Below, in pieces: positions 51,801-64,000 of a stretch of 64,000 nucleotides of DNA. Origin of the DNA: Rhynchobatus australiae (Eukaryota); NCBI GenBank assembly GCA_034780895.1, contig JAUZTB010000098.1:78123710-78187709 (forward strand). Reading direction: 5' to 3'. Numbering within the stretch: position 1 is the first letter of the stretch; every line of letters starts with the position of its first letter. The translations under genes and the position numbers were made by a program. The notes beneath the pieces were generated by a model. That model did no database searches and was not told the origin of the DNA. It worked only from the letters and a program-made list of their open reading frames with translations.

Positions 51801-54719
51801 TATTTCTGAGCACTCTTGGTTGTCTTAAATTTCCACTTAAATGCACAGCAATTCACACCAAATGTAAGTATCAGAACAAAACCATACCACAATCCCTTGT
51901 CCTGCCAGCAAAAATAATTTTTACCCGAAATCATCTCAAACTTTTTACCAAAATGACAATATTATGCTAATAATCTAATTTTCTGGCTCTGTGCACTGCT
52001 GTTTCTTTTACTATAACATCACAGTAAGAGTCACAGTTCTTACTTAATATAACTGGAATTTGATGGGCATTGATATTAATTCAACACCACAATATATTTC
52101 TCCAAATCCAAAACAAAGAGCGCAAGACTATTTTGTGTACATAAAACCTTGCACAGTCATGCTTGGACCTTCTTCTAATAGCCTGCCTTCTCAGAAATCC
52201 CAATTTCAAGACATTCCATCTTCTTAGTATTGCTCAATTTCCAATCCTTAAGGTCACGAGGACATCTTGTCATCCTCAGCTCCATATTCATTTTGTTTCA
52301 CTGACTTCCATGACATATATGATGGGAATATTTTCGAAAAACCCCTAATCTGATTGAGTTTCAGAAGCTAAACAGAATTGGGCTTGAGTTAGCACTTGAC
52401 TGGCATTGTGACTGCAAGGATCTCAACTGAACTGTTCATTTCCCTCCACAGATGCTGCCTGACCCGCTGAATTCCTCCAGCAGTTTGTTTTTGCTTTTAA
52501 GACCACCTTAAGGTAGGGTTTCCAAGAACTGCTCCCAGCTCCCCTTCATCATCGCACAACTAATCCTTGGATGGAGAAGACAGAAAACCTGTAGAGGTTC
52601 TGCTCAAGGCTGCTATTTATAAGCCCAGATGGTCTTATCCAGGTGGGCTGTGAAGTCACACCCACCATTACATTTTAGAGTTTCTAGACATGCAAGTTTT
52701 GTTTTGCTTTATGGTTAAGTTCTTTATTTGTTACTTCCTTCTTGTAGAAGGGGATATCTTTGGGTTTTGGTTGATGACACCAAGATAATATATTTATCTC
52801 TTTATTACTTATTTAGAATAAAGACATTCATACTTCCATCACCATTCCTCATCAATCATTTTGGCTCTAGTTTCAGTCTTATCCATATCAAGGATTATCC
52901 TGATCATGGCTACCAGAATCTTTTATATACATCACAGGAATACGTCCTCTCTCCTAGTTATTTTATGTTTGGCAGAGTTAATCCAACTATCCTTCTCCAA
53001 AATCACTTCCCTCATCACACTGTCCCAATTTGGCAATGCATCTGGTACAACTTCTTTTCTACTAATTTGCCTAAAAAAAATCTCATATTTCCATCTCAGG
53101 TCTTCTCCTATACTCGAGATGTGTTCTGATCCGATAGTGGCTTCTCTCTAGAGTTAGTTTCACACAAACACCAGCTTCACACACCTTTACTTCTCCACCA
53201 GAATACTCAACTTCAGCAATCCAAAATTTTGCATCTCCGAGACTGGAAACAACAAGAGTGTGCCAAATCAGCTGCCGATCCAACATCAGCACTAAAAACA
53301 AAACTATTCAAACACCAAGGATTCTACACACAGCCCCATGATTAAGATTTCCTTTGCAACTGGCAACAATGCAAAAGTTTGTGATATATTTGACGTTTCA
53401 GCACAGGGCAACCACAAATGAACTTCTCAGAACTAGCAATATTTTGCATGCAGTTTTTGCTGGGTTTTCTGATTATGTCCAAAACAGATACTCCAGGCAA
53501 CAGATTTGCAGTTTCAATTAAAATTACCTAATTGGGGAGATGCTTCAAAAGATGGACCGTAACATAGAACATAGNNNNNNNNNNNNNNNNNNNNNNNNNN
53601 NNNNNNNNNNNNNNNNNNNNNNNNNNNNNNNNNNNNNNNNNNNNNNNNNNNNNNNNNNNNNNNNNNNNNNNNNNTAGAACATAGAAAAACTATGGTACAA
53701 TTCAGGCCCTTCTGCCCACAAAGCTGTGCCGTAACCTTCCGAAAGATTATGGAAATTCGGACTGCTTCAGTCCATCACTGCAACACATTCTTGATATTGC
53801 TATAAAGGTACATCTGTATTTAGTTTTTTTTTAAAAAAAGGCTCAGTCAAATATTGTCTTAATAAAATTAGTGGAGATAAACTATTACATGAAGCCATCT
53901 GTGTTGTTAAGATGTATTTAAGAAATCATTTATTTAAAGATTTAGAGGACTGCCATTGGGATCTGGCATAGAAGGAGTTACAGATTGAGATGTGAATTCC
54001 CTCTCTACAATTTTGTTCTGGTTTTACCATTGTTGACCAAGCCACCATAAAAGGTTGAGAAAGTTTGAACCAAAGTTACTTCTGGGAATAAATGAATTTC
54101 CATGCTGATGGAAAGCAAACACTGAGCTATGAGCTGGCCCCACCCACAATACTGGTCATGGTTCTGCTTAAAATTAAACACCATGAAGTTTCTGCCAATG
54201 ATGTACATTGATGGACCTTGGAGGAGGCTCTTCTTCATATTAATTTCATTCCTTTGAAGAAGTTTTAAATATTAAAGAATGTATTTAATAATATAAATGA
54301 AATGAGTGAATTTTTGAATCAGTTTGAGCTTTTCTATGATTTAAAATATTATTTGGGAGATTGAGGAGACATTCCCACTAAAAATCCTTGTGACAAAAAT
54401 CACTCTCAGCCATTTTAATAAAACAGCACCTTTTGGTCATAAACTATGCCTGGATTGCAAATAGGGCTCAAAAAGGAAAATGTACTCCATTATTTCTTTG
54501 GGCTTAAGAAGTATAAGCCATTCACATGCAAGCGTCATTGCTTTTGGACTGAGCAAGAATGGAAATAAATAGTAGATGTAGCAGCTGGGTCCCAGAGGGT
54601 TGAAACTGTAAATAGGGCTTTCAACAGGCAACCTTAATGGAGTTGAATTACACTGTACTGTCCTGCTGATGAATATGATGTTTGAAATTGAGGTTGACAT
54701 CAGAGAGCCAATGATGGTC

Positions 54720-55410
54720 ATCCTGAATGTTGACAGATGAAATTTAATCCCAACAAGTGCAAGGTGATGAATTTTGGAAGACAAGTAGGGATAGGAAAAG
54801 TACACTAAATGANNNNNNNNNNNNNNNNNNNNNNNNNNNNNNNNNNNNNNNNNNNNNNNNNNNNNNNNNNNNNNNNNNNNNNNNNNNNNNNNNNNNNNNN
54901 NNNNNNNNNNNNCAGGGCGCTAAGGAATTTTGAATGACAAAGGGATCCTGGAGTTCAAGTCCATAGTTCCCCTAAAGTGGCAATACAGGTAGAAAGGGTG
55001 GTGAAGGATGCATATGGCAAGCTTGCTTCACAGGTAAGGGCATGGAATACAAAAGTCACAATGTTATGTTACAACTTTACAAAACATTGGTTAGTCTGCA
55101 CTTGGAGCATTGTGTGCAGTTCTGGTTGCCACACAACAGGAAAAATATGGTTGTGCTGGAGAGAGTGCAGAGGAGATTCACCAGGATGATGCCCGGATTA
55201 GAGGATTTTAGCTATGAGGTGAGATTGGACAGGCTGGATTTACTTTCCCTGACCCAAAGGCGGCTGAGGGGTGGTCTAATATAAAATTGTAAGAGACAAG
55301 ATAGATAATCAGAATCTTTTTTTCTCCATGGTGGTGATATCAAAACAAAAGGGCATAGGTTTAATATAAGAGGAAGGAGTTTTAAAGGGAATTTGAGGGA
55401 AGTATTGGGC
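54720..55410 (+). mobile_element. CR1 LINE 3' part
   Basis: MLQLYKTLV..HLEHCVQFW.PH.RK....LERVQRRFTRMMPGL. Confidence 0.9.
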
Positions 55411-56089
55411 AATACTTGAACAACTTGGTCAGAAGTCCAACTAGTACCAGAGTACAACTGTTCAGCATAACTTTCTACATCCAGTATGTTGAACATCTTG
55501 TGGAGCAAATCAGATTGACTGGGGATTGACATCTGTGATGGTGGGGCCTTAGAGGGAGGATGAAGTGGTTCAACCACTCAACAATTGTGGCTGAAGATGG
55601 CTGTGTGTGCTTCAAATTTTTTCTTCACACAGACAACTGTGTACTGCCATCATCAATAATGGGGCTGTTTGTAGATCTACTTCCTCCCTTTAGTTGTTTA
55701 GCTATCTGTGACTATGATTAAATGCCCCATAACTTCAGAGTTTTGATCTGATCCATTGATTGTGGGATTGCTTAACTGTCGATGACATGCTGCTTCCACT
55801 ATTTGTCACACATATCACCTCACATTCTGGTTTCATCAGGTTGACACCTCATCTTTAGGTACTGCTTCTGACACACCCATCCACGCAGATCAATGAACTA
55901 GTGTTACTATTATGGAGGAAGGAAACATGCTGGGCCACAAGACTGCAAATTGTGGTGAAACACAAAACATACTGAATGGTCAATATTTTATTTCAAAAAT
56001 ACAATTATGTTGTATTTTCACTATTCTTCTTGCTATCCAGTTATTGCCTGAAAGTTTTCCTTTGAACTGCTGTGCCCCCAAGTACCCCC

Positions 56090-56850
56090 TGCCCCCCATC
56101 TCTCACATACACGCTTCCTCAGCAAAATAATTTGAGGACGCATTAGGTTCCATACATTCACTGATCACACCAAGAGCTGCCTCGCCACCATCTCTCTCAA
56201 TCTCCTTCGCTCCTTTCATCATGCTGTTTTGCCTATAGCTGAATAAGCAGAAAATTTCTATCCTATTCACTCCAGCCCTTCTGGCCACTACGTGAGATTA
56301 AACCAGAAACTTGATGCCCTATTTGTTCATGGACTGAGCTTTCAATGCTAGCTCCTGCCCACTACTAAATCCACTTTTGTAATATCACCTGTCGCCACTC
56401 CTAAATCAGCTCAGTTCCTGCTGAAACTATCACCCATCTTTGACACTATTTGATTTGCATATTCCAGTCTTCTCTTGGCTTTCCATTTTGACCAGTACCC
56501 TAAGTAAACGGGAATTCATCCAAGCGTCTGTTGCCCGAGTCCAAACTCATTGCAAATCCAGATTCACCCACCAGCCTGGTATTTACTCCCCTACAATTGC
56601 TCCTAATCCTGCAGCACCAATCCTCCGGGATCTCTGCAGCGCAAGAACTGGCTTCCTGCACAATTTCCATTTTCCTTCACTGCCCCAGAGTCAAACTATG
56701 CCTTCAGCCCCTAGGCCCAAGCTCTGAATTCCCTTCCCAGACCCATCCAGAATTTGGCTAAAATCACTATAACTTTTATCCACCTCTCCAAATAATCCCT
56801 CATACGGCTTCCTGTTGAGTTCTGTTTGCTGATCTACTGGGAAGTTTCAC
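56090..56850 (+). mobile_element. Degraded L2-like LINE 3' part
   Basis: Remnants like AETITH...L.IQ.S.ARV.T..KS...T, followed by a pyrimidine-rich tail. Confidence 0.45.
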
Positions 56851-56999
56851 TCTGTCAGAAGCCAAGTTGAGCTTTAAAGAGTGCCATGTGCGGAACCTTC
56901 AGATCACACCTGATGTGGGGATGAGCCAGCTGAAGGCAAAACCTCCGTTCATTCATCCGAGACAGCTGCACGTCCAGCCTAATTAAAAAAAACCCTAAG

Positions 57000-57560
57000 C
57001 AATCTGGCACGGTGGACAGTTTTGCCGCGGCCGTGCAGGCAGGCTCGGATTGCAAACTAGGGAGCCGAAGCATGAGAAGAAATGGCTGGAATAGCGGGTC
57101 GCGGGTTCCTTACCTGGTCCAGCGGCACGTTGAGGAAGACACTGAGTGGGTGCAGCACCCTGGAACCCGTGGTTCTGAAGGGAATGCTTGGCTGTTCTGC
57201 CATTCTACACCATGGTGACAGGCTCCCGTTCGAAGGAAGTGTCAACAGCACCGCATGGACCGTCCACAAGCCAAACGCCACCAGCGCCCGATAAAGCGCG
57301 CTCAACCACAACCGCCCTCCCGTCGGCTGGCGGGCTTCAGGCCCCGCCCCCAACCCGGCCCCACCCAACCCAGCGCCGTGCCCTCAGGACCGGCGCCTCT
57401 CATTGGCCCTCGCTGGCAGGCGAGCGAGCGGCAGCGGCGTGCTGATTGGCTTTCGGGAGTGTCACTCGGGCTTGCGTTGTCGCGCTGGAGCTCTGGTGGC
57501 AGTGGGTTGGGCTGGTGTCGTCTGCGTGAGGTGTTGGAAAATATTTCATGATCTCGGCGG
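57000..57560 (-). promoter_or_regulatory. CpG-island promoter and 5' UTR of MBOAT1
   Basis: CpG-dense against a CpG-poor background. GC box GGGGCGGGGC (minus, 57341-57350) and two minus-strand CCAAT boxes (about 57402-57406 and 57445-57449) lie upstream of exon 1. Confidence 0.8.
57114..57203 (-). CDS. MBOAT1: MBOAT1 coding exon 1 (MAEQPSIPFRTTGSRVLHPLSVFLNVPLDQ)
   Basis: 90 nt from ATG to the donor CAG|GTAAGG. Matches the recalled MBOAT1 N-terminus RTTGS..LHPLS..L..PLDQ and lies in a CpG island. Confidence 0.93.
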
Positions 57561-59039
57561 AGGATGGGCTTAACTCTGGGGAAAAATGTGGGGTACTTGC
57601 ATGAAAGTCTCTGAAATAAGAAGTTTTATTTTTTAAGTAAGTTGATTTTTGTTTGCAAAGCGGGTGCAGAAGGAGCGAGTTGCCAGGAATGAATGCTTGC
57701 AAACGTATCCTAGGTTACCACGCCGCTAAAGGGGCGTTTGGNNNNNNNNNNCTGTTGTGATGACCTGCGATAAACCTAACTAGTTGCATTTTTGACAAAC
57801 TTCCAAGAGAGTTTAAAGCTTACACCCTGCCTGATCGCATCTAGCCACCCCACGATGTTAATGATTGTGTAAATTAAATATAACTCCCACGTACAATGCC
57901 AAGCCCTGACTGTTTTAACATTTCCCATAGATAGTTAAGTAAATCACGTGGATTTTTCAACCCTGTAGATGCCTGTAATCCAGAAGACAAGNNNNNNNNN
58001 NNNNNNNNNNNNNNNNNNNNNNNNNNNNNNNNNNNNNNNNNNNNNNNNNNGTGTGTAGATAATGCTTTAAAGTTTCCCTGCAAAAGAGGTACCAGGTTTG
58101 GCACACGTTTTACATCGTCTGTTTTAAAGGTTACCCAAATATTGGTTGGAAACAAAGGCAATTTTTCCATATACTTCATCATTTGTACAGCACATTTCAT
58201 CCCTTTGTGTTATTCCTAGATGCCTGTCTGTCACATATATGACAGAAAAGGAAACAAAGAACAGCAGCATAGCCAACTGTTGAGGTTAGAGGCATAATTT
58301 CAACAGACTTGTATGTAAAGAGTACTTCCTCCAGTCATTCTTTCTGATGGAGCCTTTGACTCCACCACACATGAGAGATTGTGGAGCACTGTTCTCAAAT
58401 TCAGATGCTCACAGACATTTGTCTCCACCTAAAAGAATATTTCAGGATGGCCTGTAATCCATGATTCAAACCAATGGGTCTACAGTGCCAAACTCAGCGA
58501 AGACTATTGTCCAAACACATTGTGCTTACACTTTTTAAATATTTCTTGCTGTTATGTTGCACCTCGCATCCAGCAAGCTTCCTGCCAGAAGGAAGCTAAT
58601 CTTAAGTACTACTGGGAAATTGTACAACATATGCTCCACTGCACTCCATGACTAAGGATACCCAAACCTCAATAGTGCAGCTGCAGTATTTAGGCGTTTT
58701 TATGTGCCTGGCCGCTGAGCTCCAATTCATCTCAACTTGTTCAATTTAAGTCTTACATTCAACAACTGCAAGATAAGGGTTCTTTACCAATCTTCCATGG
58801 CTGTACAACACTGCCCTCCAACAATAACAATTCACAGTGAAACTCTGGAGAATGTGGACTATTTCTCATACTCTCAACACAGTCTTTGAGGAAAATTTGT
58901 ATTTAATGATCAAGATGTCAGACCTGGCACAGTAACCATGGTCGACTGGCAGCACCGATCCCTGCCTCTCTATGTTTCTGATTGCAAGTACCTCAAGGCA
59001 CAAGAAAGTATCACAGCTGTAATGTGGGCAACTATGTTC

Positions 59040-59357
59040 GAAGCCATAGAGTCAGGCAGCACAGAAACAGGCTCTTCGTCCCACCTACCATCAAGCACAA
59101 ATTTACACTAACCCTATGCTAATTCTATTTTTTTGATCCTCCCCACATTCTCATCAATTCCCTCCAGTGTCCACACACTTGGTGCAATTTACAGTAGCCA
59201 ATTAACCTACCACGTCTTTGGGATGTTGGAGGAAACCTATGCAGTCACAGGGAGAACGTGCAAACTCCACACAGACAGCACGGGAGTTCAGGATTGAACC
59301 TGAATCACCGGAGCTGTGAGACAACAGCTCTACTAGCTGTGCCTCTGTGCCACCCCT
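59040..59357 (-). mobile_element. HE1/V-SINE-type element; other copies at about 29830-29970 (-) and 61120-61460 (+)
   Basis: Reverse strand gggtggcacagaggcacagctagtagagctg...caggttcaatcctga...gtgtggagtttgcacgttctccctgtgactgc. Confidence 0.8.
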
Positions 59358-61669
59358 GTGCTCATTGATCTCCATCAAAGAACAACCTGAAAATGAGCAG
59401 ATAATGCATTTTTACAATTGATCTTCACTGAGAGATATCAGTTGTCTCTGAATAACATTAAGAAATATTTTATGTCTATCTAAGGGGTAGGTAAAGCCTT
59501 GGTTTAATCTCATATTTGATGGCAATTCCAAGAGAAGGGTAGAATATAGGCTTTTATGCTTAAATCTCTAGAATGGGATTTCAACTGTCACACAGACGAG
59601 AGGGAAGCAAAACTGACACTTCGAGGAAGCATTTTTAGTATATTACAACTCCTTTGAGTTTTATATCAGAATGATGAAATGCATGTTTTAATTTTTCAGG
59701 TGGATGAATCCCTGGCCTTAAAAGTTTGGAAGTCAACAGAAATGTTTTCCTTGTGTTTTTGTCAAACTTTTTTTTATGGTGCAATGTTAAAGGAAGCATT
59801 GGATCCATCAAGCAAAAAAAAACTTACAAAAAATTATAGTGAAACCTTTTTTAAATAGAGCATTGGAAAATTTGAGTTCACCAAGATGAGTTTTATTGGT
59901 AACTGATATAATAATTTAAAAAATTAAACAACATGTTAAAAATTGGCGAAAAGAATTCAAAAATGATGAGGTGAGTTCCCCCTTTCTCTGTAAGTTAGAA
60001 CTTGTTTCATTCTTAACTTTTTCCAGTTCTGATGAGGCATTTTGTCATTCTGAGGTCATGGCCCCGAAATACTAGCTGGCTCCACAGATATTGTTTGACT
60101 TGCTGAATATTTTCAACTTTTTCTTTTGAATTTCAGATTTCCAGCATTTGCAGTATTTTCTTACAATTTCATGTTCATGTTAAGTTGCCTTTGCTTGTTA
60201 GATTCATAATTTCTATTCACTGGAGTTGGTTAGACTACATTAAATATCATTGATGTTTAGATCACATTAATTTTGACTTGGTGTCATGTGAAATTAATTC
60301 AACATTAATATCAATGTTTTATTCTTTTTGAAATTTAATTTCCTAGTTATTCAGTCATTCAAAAAAAATTTGTACCTGAACAGGAAATTAAATGATTTAG
60401 TAACCTTAGCATTTGTAGCATTTACAGGTTGTTAATTTTGCTATTTGTTTTCAGATCATAATTTGAGCCTGTCTTGGTATATATATAAACCTGTACACGT
60501 TTAATATAGTTACAGTGAATTTGGGTTGCAGAGTGGGTTTGATGTCATATAGGTTGCTGGGTCATTATCAACTGAAGGGAATGTCTTAATCGTGTTCACT
60601 GCTCAATTCTCATCATACAAGAGGTATCTTGATGTGACTTGCGCCTAAGGGTTTTGAGTTTATTGGCATGCTGAAAAGCAGGTAAATTGGTTTCACTAAA
60701 ACAGTGACCTTGAGATGCTGTTTTTAAGAGGCTATTGAATAGCCAGGGACATGGTGTTTATCTGTCTGTTCATTTGGAAATCTCTTAATAGCCTGATCCC
60801 AATGGGTTAGCAGACAGTTTGAAGCTAGTTTGAAGAAACAACTCTATGGTCTTATTGTTTAAAAAACTATGAAGTTTACAGTGTTTGTGCAGTTTTGTAA
60901 GACTGCAAGTTGCTCTGCAAAATGTAATCTGAGGCCCAACTACAAGACTGCCGAACAGAAACATATCCAGCTAGAGCAAGGGCCTCTTTTGCCAGCACTG
61001 TCCCAAAGATTTATTATCTTTTTCTTTTGTTATTTGCTTATTGGTTTCTACTGGCTTGATGTGATTGTACAGTGTCTGGTACTTTCAAAACCTCCTTAAA
61101 ACTGCAGATCAAAACAGATGGATGGCATAGTGGTGCAGCAGTGAGCACTGCTTTATCGCAGCTCTAGGGACTCGGATTTGAACCCAACCTCAGATGTTGC
61201 CTGGAGCTTGCTCATTTTCTCTGTGTCTGTACAGATTTCCTAAAACAATGCTCCAGTTTCATCTCACATCCTAAAGTCATTCGGGTACATTAATTGTACT
61301 GTAAATTACCTTTTATTGCAGATTAAAAAAAGAATCAAAGGTGAGTTGATGGGCATATTTTAAAGAGAATAAATTGTAGAGATACAGGCACTAATGGGAT
61401 CGCACTCCTGGGAGTTGGCACGGACCTGATGGGCTGAATGGCTTCCATTTGTGTTGTTAAGTATAAGGTCCTGAAAGATTTTGACTTGACTTCAAGGCTT
61501 CCCCTGAGAGTAAAATATGACTGAGGGAATGAGCAGACAGGAAACAGAGCAGGAAAGGCTTCTATAGAAGGGAAGAGGGGTGGAAAGGGCTCTCAACAGG
61601 AGACCATAGCCACCCAGGGTATAAACGGAGCCACTCTGAACCCCAGTGCAGAACTGTTTTTACTTCAAA

Positions 61670-62945
61670 AATAAACTTTATTCATAAATTATATGCAGGA
61701 AATACAATGCAATCAGTACATATCTTTCTTCACATTCATTGTGTCATCAAACCAATACATTTTATTTGCAATGCATCAAAGCCACTAATGTTTACCTTTT
61801 AAATTACACACAGGAAGTGTTTGAAGCTGTTAATCAGAACCCAACTCCTCAGTGCCCAGTGGTGACAGGACCTTAGATTGTGGTCCTTCCCCACAGAGCC
61901 TCTGCAGTGGTTGCACTAAGCTTCAGTGCATCTCTTAGCACATACTCCTGCAGCTTAGAGTGCGCCATTCCACAGCATTCACTCATGGACATCTCCTCGC
62001 ACTGGAAGATCAACAATTTTTGGGCAAACCAAAGTGCGTTTTTCACCGAGTTGATGATATTCCATTAGCAGTTGATGTTTGTCTCAGTACTTGTCCCCAG
62101 AAACAGCCTATAGATCAGAGAGTCCTCTGTTACGCACTGCGAGGGATGAACTTTGGCAAGTATCCTTACATTCTTTCCCAGACCTTCTTGGCATCTGTCT
62201 CAAGGGCAGTGTGCATTGAGAGTGAGACTCTGACCGTGCAGGAAGGATCTGATGGGGAGGACCTCTTTCACTTCCATCCAAGTGAGATCTTGGTGCTCGT
62301 TGGTGAATTCTGTCAATGTGGCATTCTGCCAAATGCCTTTGACCGTTCTGCTCAGGAAATCATCATACAGAATCCATTGCGTCCTTCTCTTGCAGGGCCT
62401 GCTGGACATCCCATGCTGACAATTACTAGACTTGTGCTGAAAGATGCTTTTCTGCAGGAACTTTTTACAAAGGACAGGGAGTGCAGCTATGTCCATCTGA
62501 AAGGAGAATGACACAGCAATGAGGCTAACCCCATCCTTCACAACACTGGGGGAAAGTAGAATCTTAGCGCATAGTGACCTTAGTGCACAACTTGATGCAG
62601 CCACACACAGAGGTGGCCATCAGGATGAGGACATTGTTGGGTACATCTTTTTCCCCATTCTCTGGAGACTTGTACTTGTCAGACGCACTCTATTTTGGAC
62701 TTCCAGATGAAATGGAAGGTGGCTCGGATGACTGCAGGAGTTGGGTGTGGACCACACCTGCGCCCCGTATGGCAAGACTGAATGCACCTTGCACCTGATG
62801 ACCAGATTCTTGCCTGCCATCGAGAGGAAACGCTGTTCCCTAGTCCCAATTTTTATTTTACTTTGTTTATCTGCTCCAGCCAATTCTTACCACATGCCCC
62901 AGCTCCTCTGAACCAGAATTCCCACACCTTCAAGTGGTCAGACAT
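61670..62945 (-). mobile_element. L1/Tx1-clade LINE 3' part, degraded
   Basis: IWQNA...E..N.HQDL.W......LP.RSF.H.......HCP zinc-knuckle-like region, then DSLIYRLF.G...ETNINC; minus-strand AATAAA at 61677-61682. Confidence 0.75.
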
Positions 62946-63344
62946 GATGGTAAAGGGAACAGAGAACTAGTTGGGCCAAAGAACATAGCATCACTCTTCC
63001 TGCCATTGATTCTGACTCCCGAAGCAAGTTCAAAGTGGTCACAAATGCTAATTAATCCATTGTCCGAGTGTGTGTCCAAGCAGAGGATGGTGACGTTGAA
63101 TATGTAACCCCAGTGTGGAACGGTTTAGGAGATGTCTATGTTTCAGGAAGGTGTTAAATGATATAAGCAGTTCCTCGGGATCTAAAGATGATTTCTACAT
63201 ACCTGATGTGTCTTAAGATGCTAATATAAGGGTTCTCAGAATCTGTCATATTTCTGGTAGGACTGGTTTGATGGGGTGGGTGAGTGGGTAGTTTGGAAAG
63301 TGATACAATCCTTTCACCATTTACATTGGTCGTCAGCTAAATGG

Positions 63345-63880
63345 ACTCAAATTTCTAATGCTGTCCTGAATGATCTTTCTCTATTTTGAACTGTCATGGG
63401 ACAGGGATTCCCATGAGTAGGTGGGGATAAAACATTTTTACAGGAGGCTTTCAGAACATCTTTGAATAATTTTCTCTGTCCGCCTGGAGATACCTTGGTG
63501 TGATGCAGCTCAGAATAGTGTGTCTGTTTTGGCATTCTGGTGTCGGACATGTGAACAATGTAGCCTTCCAATGGAGATGACCAAGGGTTATCAAGGTCTC
63601 AACAATGGCAATGTTGGCCTGGGAGAGGATGTTGTCATTTGATTGCCTATATTGCCTGAGGATTTGGAAAAAATGCAGCAGAAGTAAAGGATGGTATCTC
63701 TATAGTTCTTTGGTGTGGCTTTTGCAGTTGGCCCATATCAGAGGTGTTTAGGAGGGTAGGGATCACTGCTGTCCAGTAGATCATGTACATTGTACTGTGT
63801 TTGAGGTCCTGATCTTCAAACACTCATTTGCTGAATTGGCCATTGGCTGTTCTGGCATACTGAAGGCAATGGTGAGTTGC
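63345..63880 (-). mobile_element. RTE (BovB-like) LINE 3' fragment; a related piece at about 58790-59020 (+)
   Basis: VHMSDTRMPKQ..YSEL......GGQRK.FKD.LKAS is the RTE C-terminal signature. Confidence 0.8.
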
Positions 63881-64000
63881 TTTCACTTTCATATAGTGCA
63901 TCTGGGAACAGGCACAGCTGTACAGCCTGGAGCAGATGCAGGAGTGCAGCCAACAGTACTGTACTGTGCCGGATCAGTCTGCTCACCAGCACTGGACTGC

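Noticed and set aside
57057-57368. 103-aa ORF suggesting an N-terminal extension of MBOAT1
   Set aside because: It starts at a non-ATG codon within the GC-box promoter region, and homology begins at ATG 57203.
61960-62511. 183-aa plus-strand ORF
   Set aside because: It is the antisense frame of the Tx1-like LINE remnant.
1-64000. CRISPR arrays, tRNA/rRNA genes, prokaryotic or viral inserts
   Set aside because: None seen. The tRNA-like boxes belong to SINE heads.

Overview
Vertebrate genomic DNA from a gappy assembly. The repeat content (CR1, Rex1/Babar, HE1-type and Deu-domain SINEs, Penelope tails) points to a cartilaginous fish, probably a ray; that is an inference. The one protein-coding gene is MBOAT1 (lysophospholipid acyltransferase 1) on the minus strand. 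Nine coding exons were traced by hand from the ATG at 57203 down to 4253, all with compatible phases and GT-AG ends wherever the ends are visible. The 5' part of exon 8 is in an N gap, and the remaining 3' exons, including the catalytic His, appear to lie left of the window. The promoter is a CpG island with CCAAT and GC boxes at about 57.0-57.55 kb. The rest is mostly decayed transposons, and nearly all long ORFs in the track are N-gap artefacts or TE fragments. I found no new multi-gene system. The best leads are regulatory: a second CpG-rich promoter-like patch with a perfect donor inside intron 1, a Met-Val-stop uORF 1 nt before the main ATG, a perfect oestrogen response element created by a 31-bp tandem duplication, an 81-nt hairpin next to exon 7, and a Penelope-derived minimal hammerhead ribozyme motif.
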